In this document: positions 18,902 to 28,362 of the stretch, in pieces | Layout of the letters: the number at the start of each line of letters is the position of its first letter | Position numbering within the stretch: position 1 is the first letter of the stretch | NCBI GenBank assembly: GCA_036720515.1 | Contig: DAIMMU010000001.1 | Span: forward strand, 1-56,632 | DNA length: 56,632 nt | Direction of reading: 5' to 3' | DNA from: Sedimentibacter sp. | Lineage (GTDB): Bacteria; Bacillota; Clostridia; Tissierellales; Sedimentibacteraceae | Position numbers and translations under genes: made by a program | The notes under the pieces: generated by a model | What the model saw: the letters and a program-made list of their open reading frames with translations, nothing else | Database searches by the model: none | What the model was told of the DNA's origin: nothing

Positions 18902-21616
18902 TTACAGCTCAAGAACCCTGTACAATATTACAGCCATTTCGGCTCTTGAAATATATGATTTAGGATTAAGATATGAATTGCTTCCCTGAATTATTCCTGC
19001 CTTAACCAATGTTGCAACAGAATCAGATGCATAATCCGATATTGAGTTCCTGTCTTTAAAAGCTTTTAAGTCGCTGTCTTTTCCCGCAGATAACTTTTTA
19101 CCTTGAGTTATCAATGCCCTGTCTACAAGAACCATTGCATCCTCCCTCGTTATTCCTGCCCCGGGCATGAATAAGTTGTCATAGCCCTTAGCTATGCCAA
19201 GCGACTTTGCCGTTCCTATTGCCTTATAATAGTAGCTATCCTTAGGTACGTCACTGAAGGTGCCTACTTTATTAGCGCTCAAATCCAATGCTCTATAAAG
19301 CATCAGCATGAAATCCCCTCTGATCATATTTTGTGCAGGGCTGTAATTGTTGTTGCCGGTGCCGCTTACTATACTATTTTCAAACAAATAATCAATTTGA
19401 GATGCCGCCCAAGCATAATCCTTTGTTACATCTTTAAAATACAATGAGCCTTCGGTTTCAGGCATTGATATAACTTCAATTTTTAAGGTGCCCGTAAATG
19501 AATCTCCCTCAATATCGTAACCGGTATAATCAATTTCTACCGTACCGTAGTAATCCTTATAAGGTACAAATGTTACATTCATCAGGTAAGGCGTACTGTC
19601 ATAATAGTATTTTTTATTCTCCGATACTGCAGAATCATACTTAGTTGCCGATGTATATTTGTAATATAGTTTTCCGTTTTTAGCAGACGGCAAGGAAAAA
19701 TTCACATAGTCTAATTCCTCACCTGTTGCATTTTTGCTTGCTTTATTAAAATCTTCATCATCAAACTCAATGAATGAATCTTCCTTTACGGAAAGTTTAA
19801 TTACACTTGCAACCGGAACTTCCTCATTAACCGTAATTTTTACCGCGCCGGTATATGACTTCCCTTTACTGTTATAACCTGTGTATATTATGGAAAATGT
19901 ACCCGTATAATTCGAGTTTGGAACAAAAGTTATTTTATCCAAATCAGACTCGTAATACTTCGTGCTGCCCGATACTTTTGAACCATATCTTGAAGATGAC
20001 GTATAATTTGTGTACATACTTCCATATGATGAAGAAGGAACGGTAAACCTGATGTAATCAAGGTCATAATCGGTAGTATCCCAACATTCATCTGCAAAAT
20101 CATCTGCTTCGAATGTCAAAGGAGTTCGCGATCCTGTTTTGTAAATAATGTTATCAGCATCTGTATCAATCCGGATAACATTAATTTCAACCTCTCCCGT
20201 ATATGACTTTCCGCTGTCATTATAACCAACGTATGAAATTGTTACAGAACCTCTGTAGCCGGTATATGGTACAAATGTAATTTTGTCTAAATCCTTTCTG
20301 TAATATTTCGTAGATTCCGAAACCCTTGACTCACTTGAAGTACCGTAGTTATAATACAGTCTTCCATTTGATGTTGACGGAAGAGTTAATTTAATATAAT
20401 CCAAATTTTTTCCGTTTGATTCCTTACATTTAGCCTGAAAATCATCTGCAACAAAATTCATGGGTGTATTTTCATATGCGGAATACTTAATTAAGGCGGC
20501 ATCTATTGGATTTTCAATATATGTAATTTCAATTTTGCCAGTAAACAAATATCCGTCCGTATTATAGCCTTCATAGGCAAGGGTGAATGTTCCGAAATAT
20601 TTATCATATGGCACAAAAGATATTTTAGAAATATTTGTTTTATTGTAACCCTTTCCGGCAGCAATCAAAGTACCATAAATATCAGGCGATGTATAGTCTA
20701 TGTAGAGTTTGCCGGTTGAAGATGAAGTAATACTCGGGAAAACAATATAATCCAATGTTCCGCCAACTGTTTTAGAACAAGCATTAACAAAATCATTTAA
20801 ATTAAATTTAAATATTTCATCCTGTGCTAAAGAATATTTAACAATATCCGCTCCTGGATTTTCAATTTTAATACTTAATTTAGCATTTCCATAATTTGTT
20901 TCATCCTTACCATAGGCTTGAACCGTATATTCTATCGTTCCTGTTGACATAGGTTCAAATACTAATTTGCCCGTAATGTCGCCCACCTTTATTTTAGTGT
21001 CTGTTTTGTAATCATTTCCTTCGAATCTTAATTTACCCAATGAATCATTGGTTGATTTGCCTATTGAAATCCACCCTATATCTTTTCCATCGTTACTTTT
21101 ATATAGGTTTGTAAAATCCGAATCATTAAAGGTCATTTTCTTCGGCATAGTTATTGTCTTAGATACGGTACCCGAAAAAGCAGGTGCACTGCCGCTTTTA
21201 ACATAAATATAGTATTGGGTGCTGTATCGCTGTGCATCCTTCCCTCTGTCATAAGCGTAAGATACATCCATTATAACCGACGGTCCGTCAACCTCAGCCA
21301 AGCCGCCGGAGTCAGATGGAAATGATATTTCAACTGACTTAAATTTTGAGTCATAAGTATATTTTATGTCTTCCAACTTAAGAGTTTCGTATTCATATCC
21401 ATAAGGCAGTGTTATAGTTACCTTGGTCCCATCAATTACAATTCTTTTTGCTTCGGAATAGGTTATTGATTTTATAACCGATTCACCGTTGTCTTCGGCA
21501 TATACTAAGTTTACGGGTGCAAATAATAATGATGTTATAAACAAAAATGCAAGCAGTAATGAAATAATTCTCTTGAAACCTTTTACCGTATTAACGGCTT
21601 TACCCTCATTTCCCAT
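18902..21616 (-). CDS. Secreted S-layer homology (SLH) protein with four ~115-aa internal repeats
   Basis: Signal peptide ending VYA; C-terminal FKDV..WA, FSDV..YY and FKD..ISDYA SLH modules with ITREDA/ISRAEMA; ATG 21616 after GGAGG. Confidence 0.88.
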   Translation of the reverse strand: MGNEGKAVNTVKGFKRIISLLLAFLFITSLLFAPVNLVYAEDNGESVIKSITYSEAKRIVIDGTKVTITLPYGYEYETLKLEDIKYTYDSKFKSVEISFPSDSGGLAEVDGPSVIMDVSYAYDRGKDAQRYSTQYYIYVKSGSAPAFSGTVSKTITMPKKMTFNDSDFTNLYKSNDGKDIGWISIGKSTNDSLGKLRFEGNDYKTDTKIKVGDITGKLVFEPMSTGTIEYTVQAYGKDETNYGNAKLSIKIENPGADIVKYSLAQDEIFKFNLNDFVNACSKTVGGTLDYIVFPSITSSSTGKLYIDYTSPDIYGTLIAAGKGYNKTNISKISFVPYDKYFGTFTLAYEGYNTDGYLFTGKIEITYIENPIDAALIKYSAYENTPMNFVADDFQAKCKESNGKNLDYIKLTLPSTSNGRLYYNYGTSSESRVSESTKYYRKDLDKITFVPYTGYRGSVTISYVGYNDSGKSYTGEVEINVIRIDTDADNIIYKTGSRTPLTFEADDFADECWDTTDYDLDYIRFTVPSSSYGSMYTNYTSSSRYGSKVSGSTKYYESDLDKITFVPNSNYTGTFSIIYTGYNSKGKSYTGAVKITVNEEVPVASVIKLSVKEDSFIEFDDEDFNKASKNATGEELDYVNFSLPSAKNGKLYYKYTSATKYDSAVSENKKYYYDSTPYLMNVTFVPYKDYYGTVEIDYTGYDIEGDSFTGTLKIEVISMPETEGSLYFKDVTKDYAWAASQIDYLFENSIVSGTGNNNYSPAQNMIRGDFMLMLYRALDLSANKVGTFSDVPKDSYYYKAIGTAKSLGIAKGYDNLFMPGAGITREDAMVLVDRALITQGKKLSAGKDSDLKAFKDRNSISDYASDSVATLVKAGIIQGSNSYLNPKSYISRAEMAVILYRVLEL

Positions 21617-21715
21617 AGTTAATCCTCCTAACATATTTAAATATTTATCTTCATTGCAATATTACAGCAAAAATTATATAATCCTTGTCATAATATGCTT
21701 TTTATCATTTTAATA

Positions 21716-21743
21716 TAGACGAAAAATTACGTAAAAGGTTTCA
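21716..21743 (-). promoter_or_regulatory. ECF-sigma-type promoter of the SLH gene
   Basis: TGAAAC-16 nt-CGTCTA, matching Bacillus SigM/SigW/SigV-class consensus. Confidence 0.65.
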
Positions 21744-21750
21744 TTTTATG

Positions 21751-21786
21751 AAAAAAACCACGCATAATATTCTGTATGGTTTTTTT
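21751..21786. terminator. Terminator downstream of the MATE gene
   Basis: A7-CCACGCA...TGTATGG-T7, bidirectional shape. Confidence 0.7.
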
Positions 21787-21887
21787 ATATTAATTTAATT
21801 GATTGTTTGCTGTTTCTCCTGCTATTCTTCCTGTATATATTGCTAAAGCAATAGCGGTTCCTGTTGCAGGATATACTCTGTTGAAAA

Positions 21888-23243
21888 TTATTTCAGCATA
21901 CCGCTGATCTCCCATTTCCCGCCTTTATATCTTATGATGAAAAAGGCGCTTCTCACTATCCAGTCAATAATCATAGCAACCCAGACTCCAAACATTCCAA
22001 TATTGAAATACTTTGAAAGAACAATTCCAAAGCCTATTCTTACTATCCACATGGAGCTGACACTGACAATCATCGTGTACCGAACATCATTTGAAGCTCT
22101 TAATGTATTTGGAAGAGTAAAAGATAACGGCCATAATATACAGGAACATATACCGTAAAAAATAAAAACCTTGCTTGCCAATGCTGCTGTTTCTTCAGAA
22201 AGATTATATGCTCTAAGAATTAACGGTATTGAAGAAATTATGATAACATTCATGCCAATAACAGCAATGTGTGCTATCTTGAGAAGTTTTTTTGTGTAAT
22301 ATCTTACCTGCACATAATCATTGGCACCAACGCATTGGCTTACCACGGTGATAAGACCTAAGCCCACTGCCATACCCGGCAATATTTGAAATGCAGATAC
22401 TGAATTTGCCACGGCATTTGCCGTGATAGATGCGGTTCCGAAGCCTGCAATAACGCTTAACAGCATTATCTTGCCAAGCTGAAACATACTGTTTTCAATG
22501 CCGTTAGGAACTCCTATTTTAAGTATATTTTTTACCATATCTTTATTAAATTTATAATTAAACCTTTTGCTTATGTGAACAATTAACTCTTCGTTTCTCA
22601 GCAGTGCCACAATTATAACCGCTGAAACTGCTCTTGAAACCAAAGTCGGAATTGCAACACCTTCCACACCCATGCCTACTCCGTAAATTAATAAGGCATT
22701 GCCGAATACATTTATTATATTCATAACAATTGACGTAACCATGGTTATTCTTGAATTGCCCATAGCTCTGAACAATGCTGCGCCGCTGTTATAAACAGCT
22801 ATAAACGGTATGCTGGCAAAGGTTATTAGTAAATATGTGTTTGCATAAGCAAAAACGTCAGACTGTATACTTCCGAATACTACGCTCAGAATGAACCCTT
22901 TTCCCAAATACATGACTGCCATGACAATAATTGAAATAAAAGTAACAAATAACAGCAGCTGCTCTCCTGCTTTACAAGCTTTGTCATTTTGCTTTTGACC
23001 AATAAATTGACCTGCAACTACGGCACCTCCCGTTGCTAATGCAGCAAAAATATTTATGAACAAAATTATAATTGAATCAACTAAAGACACTGCGGACACT
23101 GCACTTTCACCTACGCTTGCAACCATTATTGAATCCGCCATCCCCACTGCTACAGCTAAAAACTGTTCTATCATAAGTGGAATTAGTAATCTTATCAAAT
23201 CCTTATTTGTAAAAAGATAATTTCTTTTTAAGTCGCTTTCCAT
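21888..23243 (-). CDS. MATE family efflux transporter
   Basis: 451 aa, about 12 TM; LAVAVGMADSIMV, FRAMGNS, LRASND motifs. Confidence 0.92.
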   Translation of the reverse strand: MESDLKRNYLFTNKDLIRLLIPLMIEQFLAVAVGMADSIMVASVGESAVSAVSLVDSIIILFINIFAALATGGAVVAGQFIGQKQNDKACKAGEQLLLFVTFISIIVMAVMYLGKGFILSVVFGSIQSDVFAYANTYLLITFASIPFIAVYNSGAALFRAMGNSRITMVTSIVMNIINVFGNALLIYGVGMGVEGVAIPTLVSRAVSAVIIVALLRNEELIVHISKRFNYKFNKDMVKNILKIGVPNGIENSMFQLGKIMLLSVIAGFGTASITANAVANSVSAFQILPGMAVGLGLITVVSQCVGANDYVQVRYYTKKLLKIAHIAVIGMNVIIISSIPLILRAYNLSEETAALASKVFIFYGICSCILWPLSFTLPNTLRASNDVRYTMIVSVSSMWIVRIGFGIVLSKYFNIGMFGVWVAMIIDWIVRSAFFIIRYKGGKWEISGMLK

Positions 23244-23264
23244 TTTGACAATCCTTTCATAATA

Positions 23265-23322
23265 ACAAAAAAAACATTCTAAACAACAGTTTAGAACGAA
23301 ATGTGTAAATTTTATTTCGTTT
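23265..23322 (-). promoter_or_regulatory. Putative attenuator (terminator plus overlapping hairpin) in the MATE leader
   Basis: TTCTAAAC-TGTT-GTTTAGAA then TGT8 just before the RBS; overlapping AACGAAAT...ATTTCGTT hairpin. Confidence 0.5.
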
Positions 23323-23624
23323 TATTATTTATTATATTCTTATATACACCAATAAGTCAATTGTTATTAAATAATAACGTACCGATACCTGAGCCTGTTC
23401 GCCCATTGGCGGTTCATCGCCATAATATCTTCCACTCAGGCTTCACAAAACAAATTTATTTGATTTCTAAATTTGCAAGGTTAAATTAGACTTCCTGATC
23501 TGTCAGAGCCGGCACAAATAAAAAATCATATATATATACATAAAAGTTATTTAATTTACAAATACAGAGAAGCCACGTATAATATAGGAAAGTTCAAGTA
23601 TTATGATATTGGGGGTAGAGGATT

Positions 23625-23906
23625 ATGAAAAATATAAAGGAAAATATTATAAAAAACCGCATAGTTATATATGTGGCAATAGAAGTTATTTTACTTCAAG
23701 TTATCGGGGTAATAGTGTTTAAAAAATATAATGCGCCAGGCCTTAAATACTTATTCATAACCACAGATATAGCCTCAATTGCAGCCTTTCTTTCACTTTT
23801 TACAGGTAGAATTTTAAATATAAAAAGTAAAATATTAGAATATACTTTAAATGGCATAAGTGTATTATTTCTTCTTCTTTCATTTGCATTCTTTTATAAG
23901 AAGTAA
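23625..23906 (+). CDS. Small hypothetical membrane protein (3 TM)
   Basis: 93 aa with three hydrophobic stretches; AGAGG RBS; terminator follows. Confidence 0.7.
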   Translation: MKNIKENIIKNRIVIYVAIEVILLQVIGVIVFKKYNAPGLKYLFITTDIASIAAFLSLFTGRILNIKSKILEYTLNGISVLFLLLSFAFFYKK

Positions 23907-23947
23907 AGCTGTATTGTTAATTTAACTATACAGCTTTATTAATTTTC
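23904..23947 (+). terminator. Intrinsic terminator
   Basis: TAAAGCTGTAT...ATACAGCTTTA stem right after the stop. Confidence 0.7.
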
Positions 23948-24018
23948 ACTTATTGTTATAATTTTGAAAATGAATTTTGTGTTTTTAAATGTGGAAACTC
24001 AAAAAAAACATTTTGTTA

Positions 24019-24048
24019 TTGACAATTTGATATTGTTAGATATATACT
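24019..24048 (+). promoter_or_regulatory. sigma-A promoter of the met operon
   Basis: TTGACA-18-TATACT about 20 nt before the S-box. Confidence 0.65.
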
Positions 24049-24068
24049 TTGTTTTAATAATTTAATAA

Positions 24069-24166
24069 AATCATCAAGAGTGACGGAGGGATCTGGCCCT
24101 GTGAAGTCCGGCAACCAATTTATGAATATGGTGCTAATTCCAGCGGTTTTAAACCGGCAGATGAGG
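24069..24166 (+). ncRNA. SAM-I (S-box) riboswitch
   Basis: TCATCAAGAG-TGACGGAGGGATCTGGCCCTGTGAAGTCCGGCAACC...GGTGCTAATTCCAGC...AGATGA; upstream of metF. Confidence 0.97.
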
Positions 24167-24180
24167 ATTTTAGAGACAAT

Positions 24181-24210
24181 GTCTTCCCAATGCCGCGGAA
24201 GATTTTTTAT
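24181..24210 (+). terminator. SAM-I expression-platform terminator
   Basis: GTCTTCC...GGAAGAT followed by TTTTTAT, before the metF RBS. Confidence 0.75.
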
Positions 24211-24224
24211 ATTAGGAGGATATT

Positions 24225-25124
24225 ATGAAAATCAAAGACAAATTAAGTGAGAAAAAACCTTTAATATCATTTGAGATATTTCCGCCCAAGGCAAACTATC
24301 CTGTTGACACAATTTATAATACAATCGATGAGTTATACAACCTGAATCCTGATTTCATGAGTGTCACATATGGAGCAGGCGGAAGCACAAAAGACAATAC
24401 TGTGGAAATATCATCATATATACAAAATAAATACAATTTAACGTCCATTGCCCATGTTACATGCATAGATTCTACTAAAAATGAATTAGACAATATATTA
24501 AATTCCTTAAAAGAAAATAATGTACAAAACGTATTGGCATTAAGGGGAGATTATCCAAAGGATTTTGCACCGGCTTCCTTTACAGGCGGCGGATATAAAA
24601 ACTCGGCGGAGCTTATAGAATATTTTAAAAGCAACTCTGATTTAGGCATTGGAGCTGCCTGCTATCCGGAAAAGCACCCTGATGCAAAGGATTTAAATTC
24701 CGATATCGATTTTCTAAAAAGAAAGATGGATGCCGGCGCCGATTTCCTGGTAACCCAAATGTTTTTTGACAATGAATTGTTTTATGATTTTTATGACAAA
24801 ACACAGAAAAAAGGAGTCTATTTACCTATAATTACCGGAATTATGCCCATACTTAATAAACGACAAATAGAAACCATAATAAATCTTACGGGGAATTCAA
24901 TACCTAAGAAATTCAGGAGATTGCTGGAAAAATACGAAAACAATCCTGAAGCATTAAATGAAGCCGGAATGTCATATGCAGTCAGTCAGATAATAGATCT
25001 GCTATCATGGGGTATTGACGGCATTCATATTTACACAATGAATAAGCCCTCCACAGCAAGAAAAATTTTAGGCAGTATTACCGCCATCAGGAGTGTGTTG
25101 ACAAATGAGTGTACGGCATATTGA
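24225..25124 (+). CDS. metF: Methylenetetrahydrofolate reductase
   Basis: SFEIFPPK, SVTYGAGG, LALRGD, YPEKHP, TQMFFD, HIYTMN. Confidence 0.95.
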   Translation: MKIKDKLSEKKPLISFEIFPPKANYPVDTIYNTIDELYNLNPDFMSVTYGAGGSTKDNTVEISSYIQNKYNLTSIAHVTCIDSTKNELDNILNSLKENNVQNVLALRGDYPKDFAPASFTGGGYKNSAELIEYFKSNSDLGIGAACYPEKHPDAKDLNSDIDFLKRKMDAGADFLVTQMFFDNELFYDFYDKTQKKGVYLPIITGIMPILNKRQIETIINLTGNSIPKKFRRLLEKYENNPEALNEAGMSYAVSQIIDLLSWGIDGIHIYTMNKPSTARKILGSITAIRSVLTNECTAY

Positions 25125-25797
25125 TAACGGCTTAGTTAAGATTGATAAAACCGAGGCTTTAAGATATCTGGGATACAAAAATAAAAATGTTGATGAGGAA
25201 ACAGTAAGATTGCTTGACGAATCAATAACAGAGCTTCAAGAAATAAGCGAGCTGAAATATGTTTTCAAAATTTTCAACATTAAAAAGGAAAATAATAATA
25301 TAGGCTTTGAAAGCGGTTTAACTATAAAATCAGATGATTTATCTGAGCTTTTCAAGCATTGTGATAAAGCTGCAATAATGGCTGCAACTATCGGATTTGA
25401 AGCAGAAAAAAGAATTAGATATTACAGTGTGTCAAATTTATCCAAGGCTGTTGTGTTTGATGCCTGTGCAGCCTCCTGTATCGAGTCCCTTTGCGATATT
25501 GCCGAGGCTGAAATTAAGGCAATTGCGGCAAAGGAAAATTGTAATATTACATACAGATACAGTCCGGGTTACGGTGATGTTCCCATTTCACATCAAATTG
25601 AAATACTGTCTGTATTAAATGCGCAAAAGCTTATTGGACTGACAGCATCGGATTATTCAATCTTAATGCCTAAAAAATCCGTAACGGCTTTTATAGGCTT
25701 TGATAAGGGAAATAAAATTCATAAAAAATCCTGCTTAAATTGTAATCTTTTTGGCAATTGCGGATTCGTAGAAGGAGAAAAAAACCATGTTAAATAA
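25105..25797 (+). CDS. Stand-alone B12-dependent methionine synthase activation-domain protein
   Basis: AATIG, RYSPGYGD, PKKSVTAFIG, C-terminal CLNC..C; overlaps both neighbours. Confidence 0.85.
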   Translation: MSVRHIDNGLVKIDKTEALRYLGYKNKNVDEETVRLLDESITELQEISELKYVFKIFNIKKENNNIGFESGLTIKSDDLSELFKHCDKAAIMAATIGFEAEKRIRYYSVSNLSKAVVFDACAASCIESLCDIAEAEIKAIAAKENCNITYRYSPGYGDVPISHQIEILSVLNAQKLIGLTASDYSILMPKKSVTAFIGFDKGNKIHKKSCLNCNLFGNCGFVEGEKNHVK

Positions 25798-28156
25798 ATT
25801 AGAGAAATTTTTATTCTTTGATGGTGCAATGGGCACCATGCTTCAAAAAAGCGGATTAGAGACAGGCAAGCTGCCGGAAGAATTAAACATTACAAAGCCC
25901 GAAGTTATTTACAGTATACATAGAGAGTATTTAAATGCAGGTTCTGATATTATTACTTCAAATACATTCGGTGCAAATAGGTTTAAATTGAAGAACTCAT
26001 CCCATACAGTCGGAGAAATAATCACTGCTGCTGTAAAAACGGCAAAAAAATCTACCGAAGGTCTGGAAGAAAAATATGTTGCATTGGATATAGGTCCCAT
26101 AGGCACCCTCCTATCCCCTTTAGGTACTCTTAGTTTCGAAGAAGCTTATGACATATTTAAAGAGCAAATAATTGCAGGAGTAAATGCGGGAGCGGACATT
26201 ATTTTAATTGAAACTATGACCGATATCTACGAATTAAAATCGGCAATTCTTGCGGCTAAGGAAAACTCTGCCCTGCCCGTATTTGCCACCATGTCCTTTC
26301 AAGATAACGGCCGCACCTTTACCGGCACTGATGTTGCTGCATTTGTGAGCGTTGTAGAGGGGCTCGGCGTGGATGTGCTTGGAGTTAACTGCTCCTTAGG
26401 ACCTAAGCAGCTGCAGTCCGTAGTTGATGAGCTTTTAAAATACAGCTCTATACCTGTTATGGTGCAGGCAAATGCAGGACTGCCTAAATACCGCAACAAC
26501 AATACATATTATGACATCAACCCGGATGAATACAGCCGCGAAATCAGTATTATGGCAAAAAAAGGTGTTGCAATATTAGGAGGATGCTGCGGAACCACCC
26601 CCGAATATATTAAAAATATGATTGACGCACTGAGAGAATTGAAGCCTCTAAAAATTACGAAAAAACACTTTACAACAGCTTCTTCATCTTCAAAAACAGT
26701 GTTTATTGGTGAGGAAGTAAAAATAATCGGCGAAAGAATCAACCCCACAGGCAAAAAAAGACTGAAGGAAGCATTAAGGGAAAAAAATCTTGACTATGTT
26801 ATAAGAGAAGCCATTGCTCAGCAGGACAGCGGGTCTGATATTTTAGATATAAATGTCGGGCTTCCGGATATTGATGAAAAGGAAATGATGAAAAAAGTAA
26901 TAACAGAAGTGCAAAGCGTTGTTTCTCTTCCTCTGCAGATTGACAGCGCTAATTATGATGTTATTGAAGCTGCAGTAAGAATATATAACGGAAAACCCAT
27001 AATCAATTCAGTTAACGGCAAGAAAGAGAGCATGGAAAAAATATTTCCCATTGCAAAAAAATATGGAGCCTTGGTTGTTGCTTTAACCTTAAATGAAGAA
27101 GGAATTCCCTCTACCTCAGAAAAGAGATTGGAAATAGCTTCGGATATTATTGAAACTGCCAAGGAATACGGCATACCGGAAGAAAATATTGTTGTAGACC
27201 CCCTTGTACTTACAGCTTCTGCCGAGCAAGCAGCCGTAATGGAAACACTTAAGGCAATTCCTTTAATTAAATCGAAATACAATGTAAAAATAGTTTTGGG
27301 AGCCAGCAATGTATCCTTTGGTTTACCAAACAGAAAGCTGTTAAACACAACTTACCTTGCCATGGCATTAGGTTTTGGATTGGATGCCCCCATTACCGAT
27401 TCAACCAATGATGCTTTAATGGATGTAATAAGGTCCTATAAAGTTTTATCTAATCAGGACAAAGACAGCAAGGAATATATAAAAGCTTACAGCAATATGG
27501 TTCCTGAAAATACAACATACAATTCACAATCAGATTTAAAGGATGTAATAATTAAGGGCTTAAAGGAAGAAGCTAAAAGCTTGTCTTCTGATATGCTTAA
27601 CAGATATGATTCTATTGAAATAGTAAATGAATTCATGATACCTGCCCTGGATATTGTAGGCGAAAAATATGAGAAGCAGGAAATATTCCTGCCTCAGCTT
27701 ATAAGAAGCGCCGAAACCTCTAAAATAGTTTTTGAAACTATAAAGGAAAAATCATTAAGAGATATTGAAATAACCGACAGCAAAAAAATATTGCTCGCCA
27801 CCGTCAAGGGAGATATTCACGATATAGGGAAAAATATTGTAAAGCTTATTCTTGAAAATTATGGCTATAAAATCATTGATTTAGGCAAGGATGTTGATAT
27901 TGAAAGGATTGTTGAAACGGCTCTTAATGAAAAAATAAATTTAGTAGGCTTGAGTGCTTTAATGACTACAACTGTAAAAAATATGGAATATACCATTGAA
28001 GCATTAAAAAAAGAAGTTCCTCAAATAAAAATTATGGTCGGCGGTGCAGTATTAACACCGGATTATGCGTCTAAAATCGGCGCTGATTATTATTCCAAGG
28101 ATGCAAGAGGAGCTGTAAACATAGCCAAAGAATTTTGGGGACGGACCTTGGAGTGA
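25787..28156 (+). CDS. metH: B12-dependent methionine synthase (Hcy-, pterin- and B12-binding domains; no fused activation domain)
   Basis: DGAMGTMLQ, GVNC, GGCCGTTP, IGERINPTG, VKGDIHDIGKNIV. Confidence 0.93.
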   Translation: MLNKLEKFLFFDGAMGTMLQKSGLETGKLPEELNITKPEVIYSIHREYLNAGSDIITSNTFGANRFKLKNSSHTVGEIITAAVKTAKKSTEGLEEKYVALDIGPIGTLLSPLGTLSFEEAYDIFKEQIIAGVNAGADIILIETMTDIYELKSAILAAKENSALPVFATMSFQDNGRTFTGTDVAAFVSVVEGLGVDVLGVNCSLGPKQLQSVVDELLKYSSIPVMVQANAGLPKYRNNNTYYDINPDEYSREISIMAKKGVAILGGCCGTTPEYIKNMIDALRELKPLKITKKHFTTASSSSKTVFIGEEVKIIGERINPTGKKRLKEALREKNLDYVIREAIAQQDSGSDILDINVGLPDIDEKEMMKKVITEVQSVVSLPLQIDSANYDVIEAAVRIYNGKPIINSVNGKKESMEKIFPIAKKYGALVVALTLNEEGIPSTSEKRLEIASDIIETAKEYGIPEENIVVDPLVLTASAEQAAVMETLKAIPLIKSKYNVKIVLGASNVSFGLPNRKLLNTTYLAMALGFGLDAPITDSTNDALMDVIRSYKVLSNQDKDSKEYIKAYSNMVPENTTYNSQSDLKDVIIKGLKEEAKSLSSDMLNRYDSIEIVNEFMIPALDIVGEKYEKQEIFLPQLIRSAETSKIVFETIKEKSLRDIEITDSKKILLATVKGDIHDIGKNIVKLILENYGYKIIDLGKDVDIERIVETALNEKINLVGLSALMTTTVKNMEYTIEALKKEVPQIKIMVGGAVLTPDYASKIGADYYSKDARGAVNIAKEFWGRTLE

Positions 28157-28189
28157 CAAAACCATTCAAAGGTACGTCCCATGGTGACC
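28130..28189. repeat. Inverted pair of REP-like elements overlapping the metH stop
   Basis: GGGGACGGACCTT (28137-28149, reverse core) and AAGGTACGTCCC (28169-28180). Confidence 0.8.
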
Positions 28190-28235
28190 AATAACTCTTG
28201 AGCATAACTATTAATCAATTATTTGGCACCTTCTA

Positions 28236-28294
28236 CTTGCTTATATCTTGCTTATATTGATATCATTGACTTCAAAGATTTGATATGCTACTAT
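28236..28294 (+). promoter_or_regulatory. luxE-luxC promoter with an upstream 11-bp direct repeat
   Basis: CTTGCTTATAT x2 (28236-28257), then TTGACT-17-TACTAT with TG extension. Confidence 0.6.
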
Positions 28295-28362
28295 AAAATT
28301 ATGATACTGCAAATTAGTTTACTGGTTCTTGTTAACATAAATTAAATAACAGGCGGTGCAAA

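Noticed and set aside
23301..23489. 62-aa plus-strand ORF in the MATE upstream region
   Set aside because: No RBS; it overlaps the MATE promoter and leader in antisense and has no recognisable motif
25105..28156. Split methionine synthase as a novelty
   Set aside because: A separate activation-domain gene is a known, common arrangement in Clostridia and Thermotoga
28223..28241. sigma-54 promoter-like TGGCAC...TTGC upstream of the luxE-like gene
   Set aside because: GG to GC spacing is 12 nt rather than the required 10
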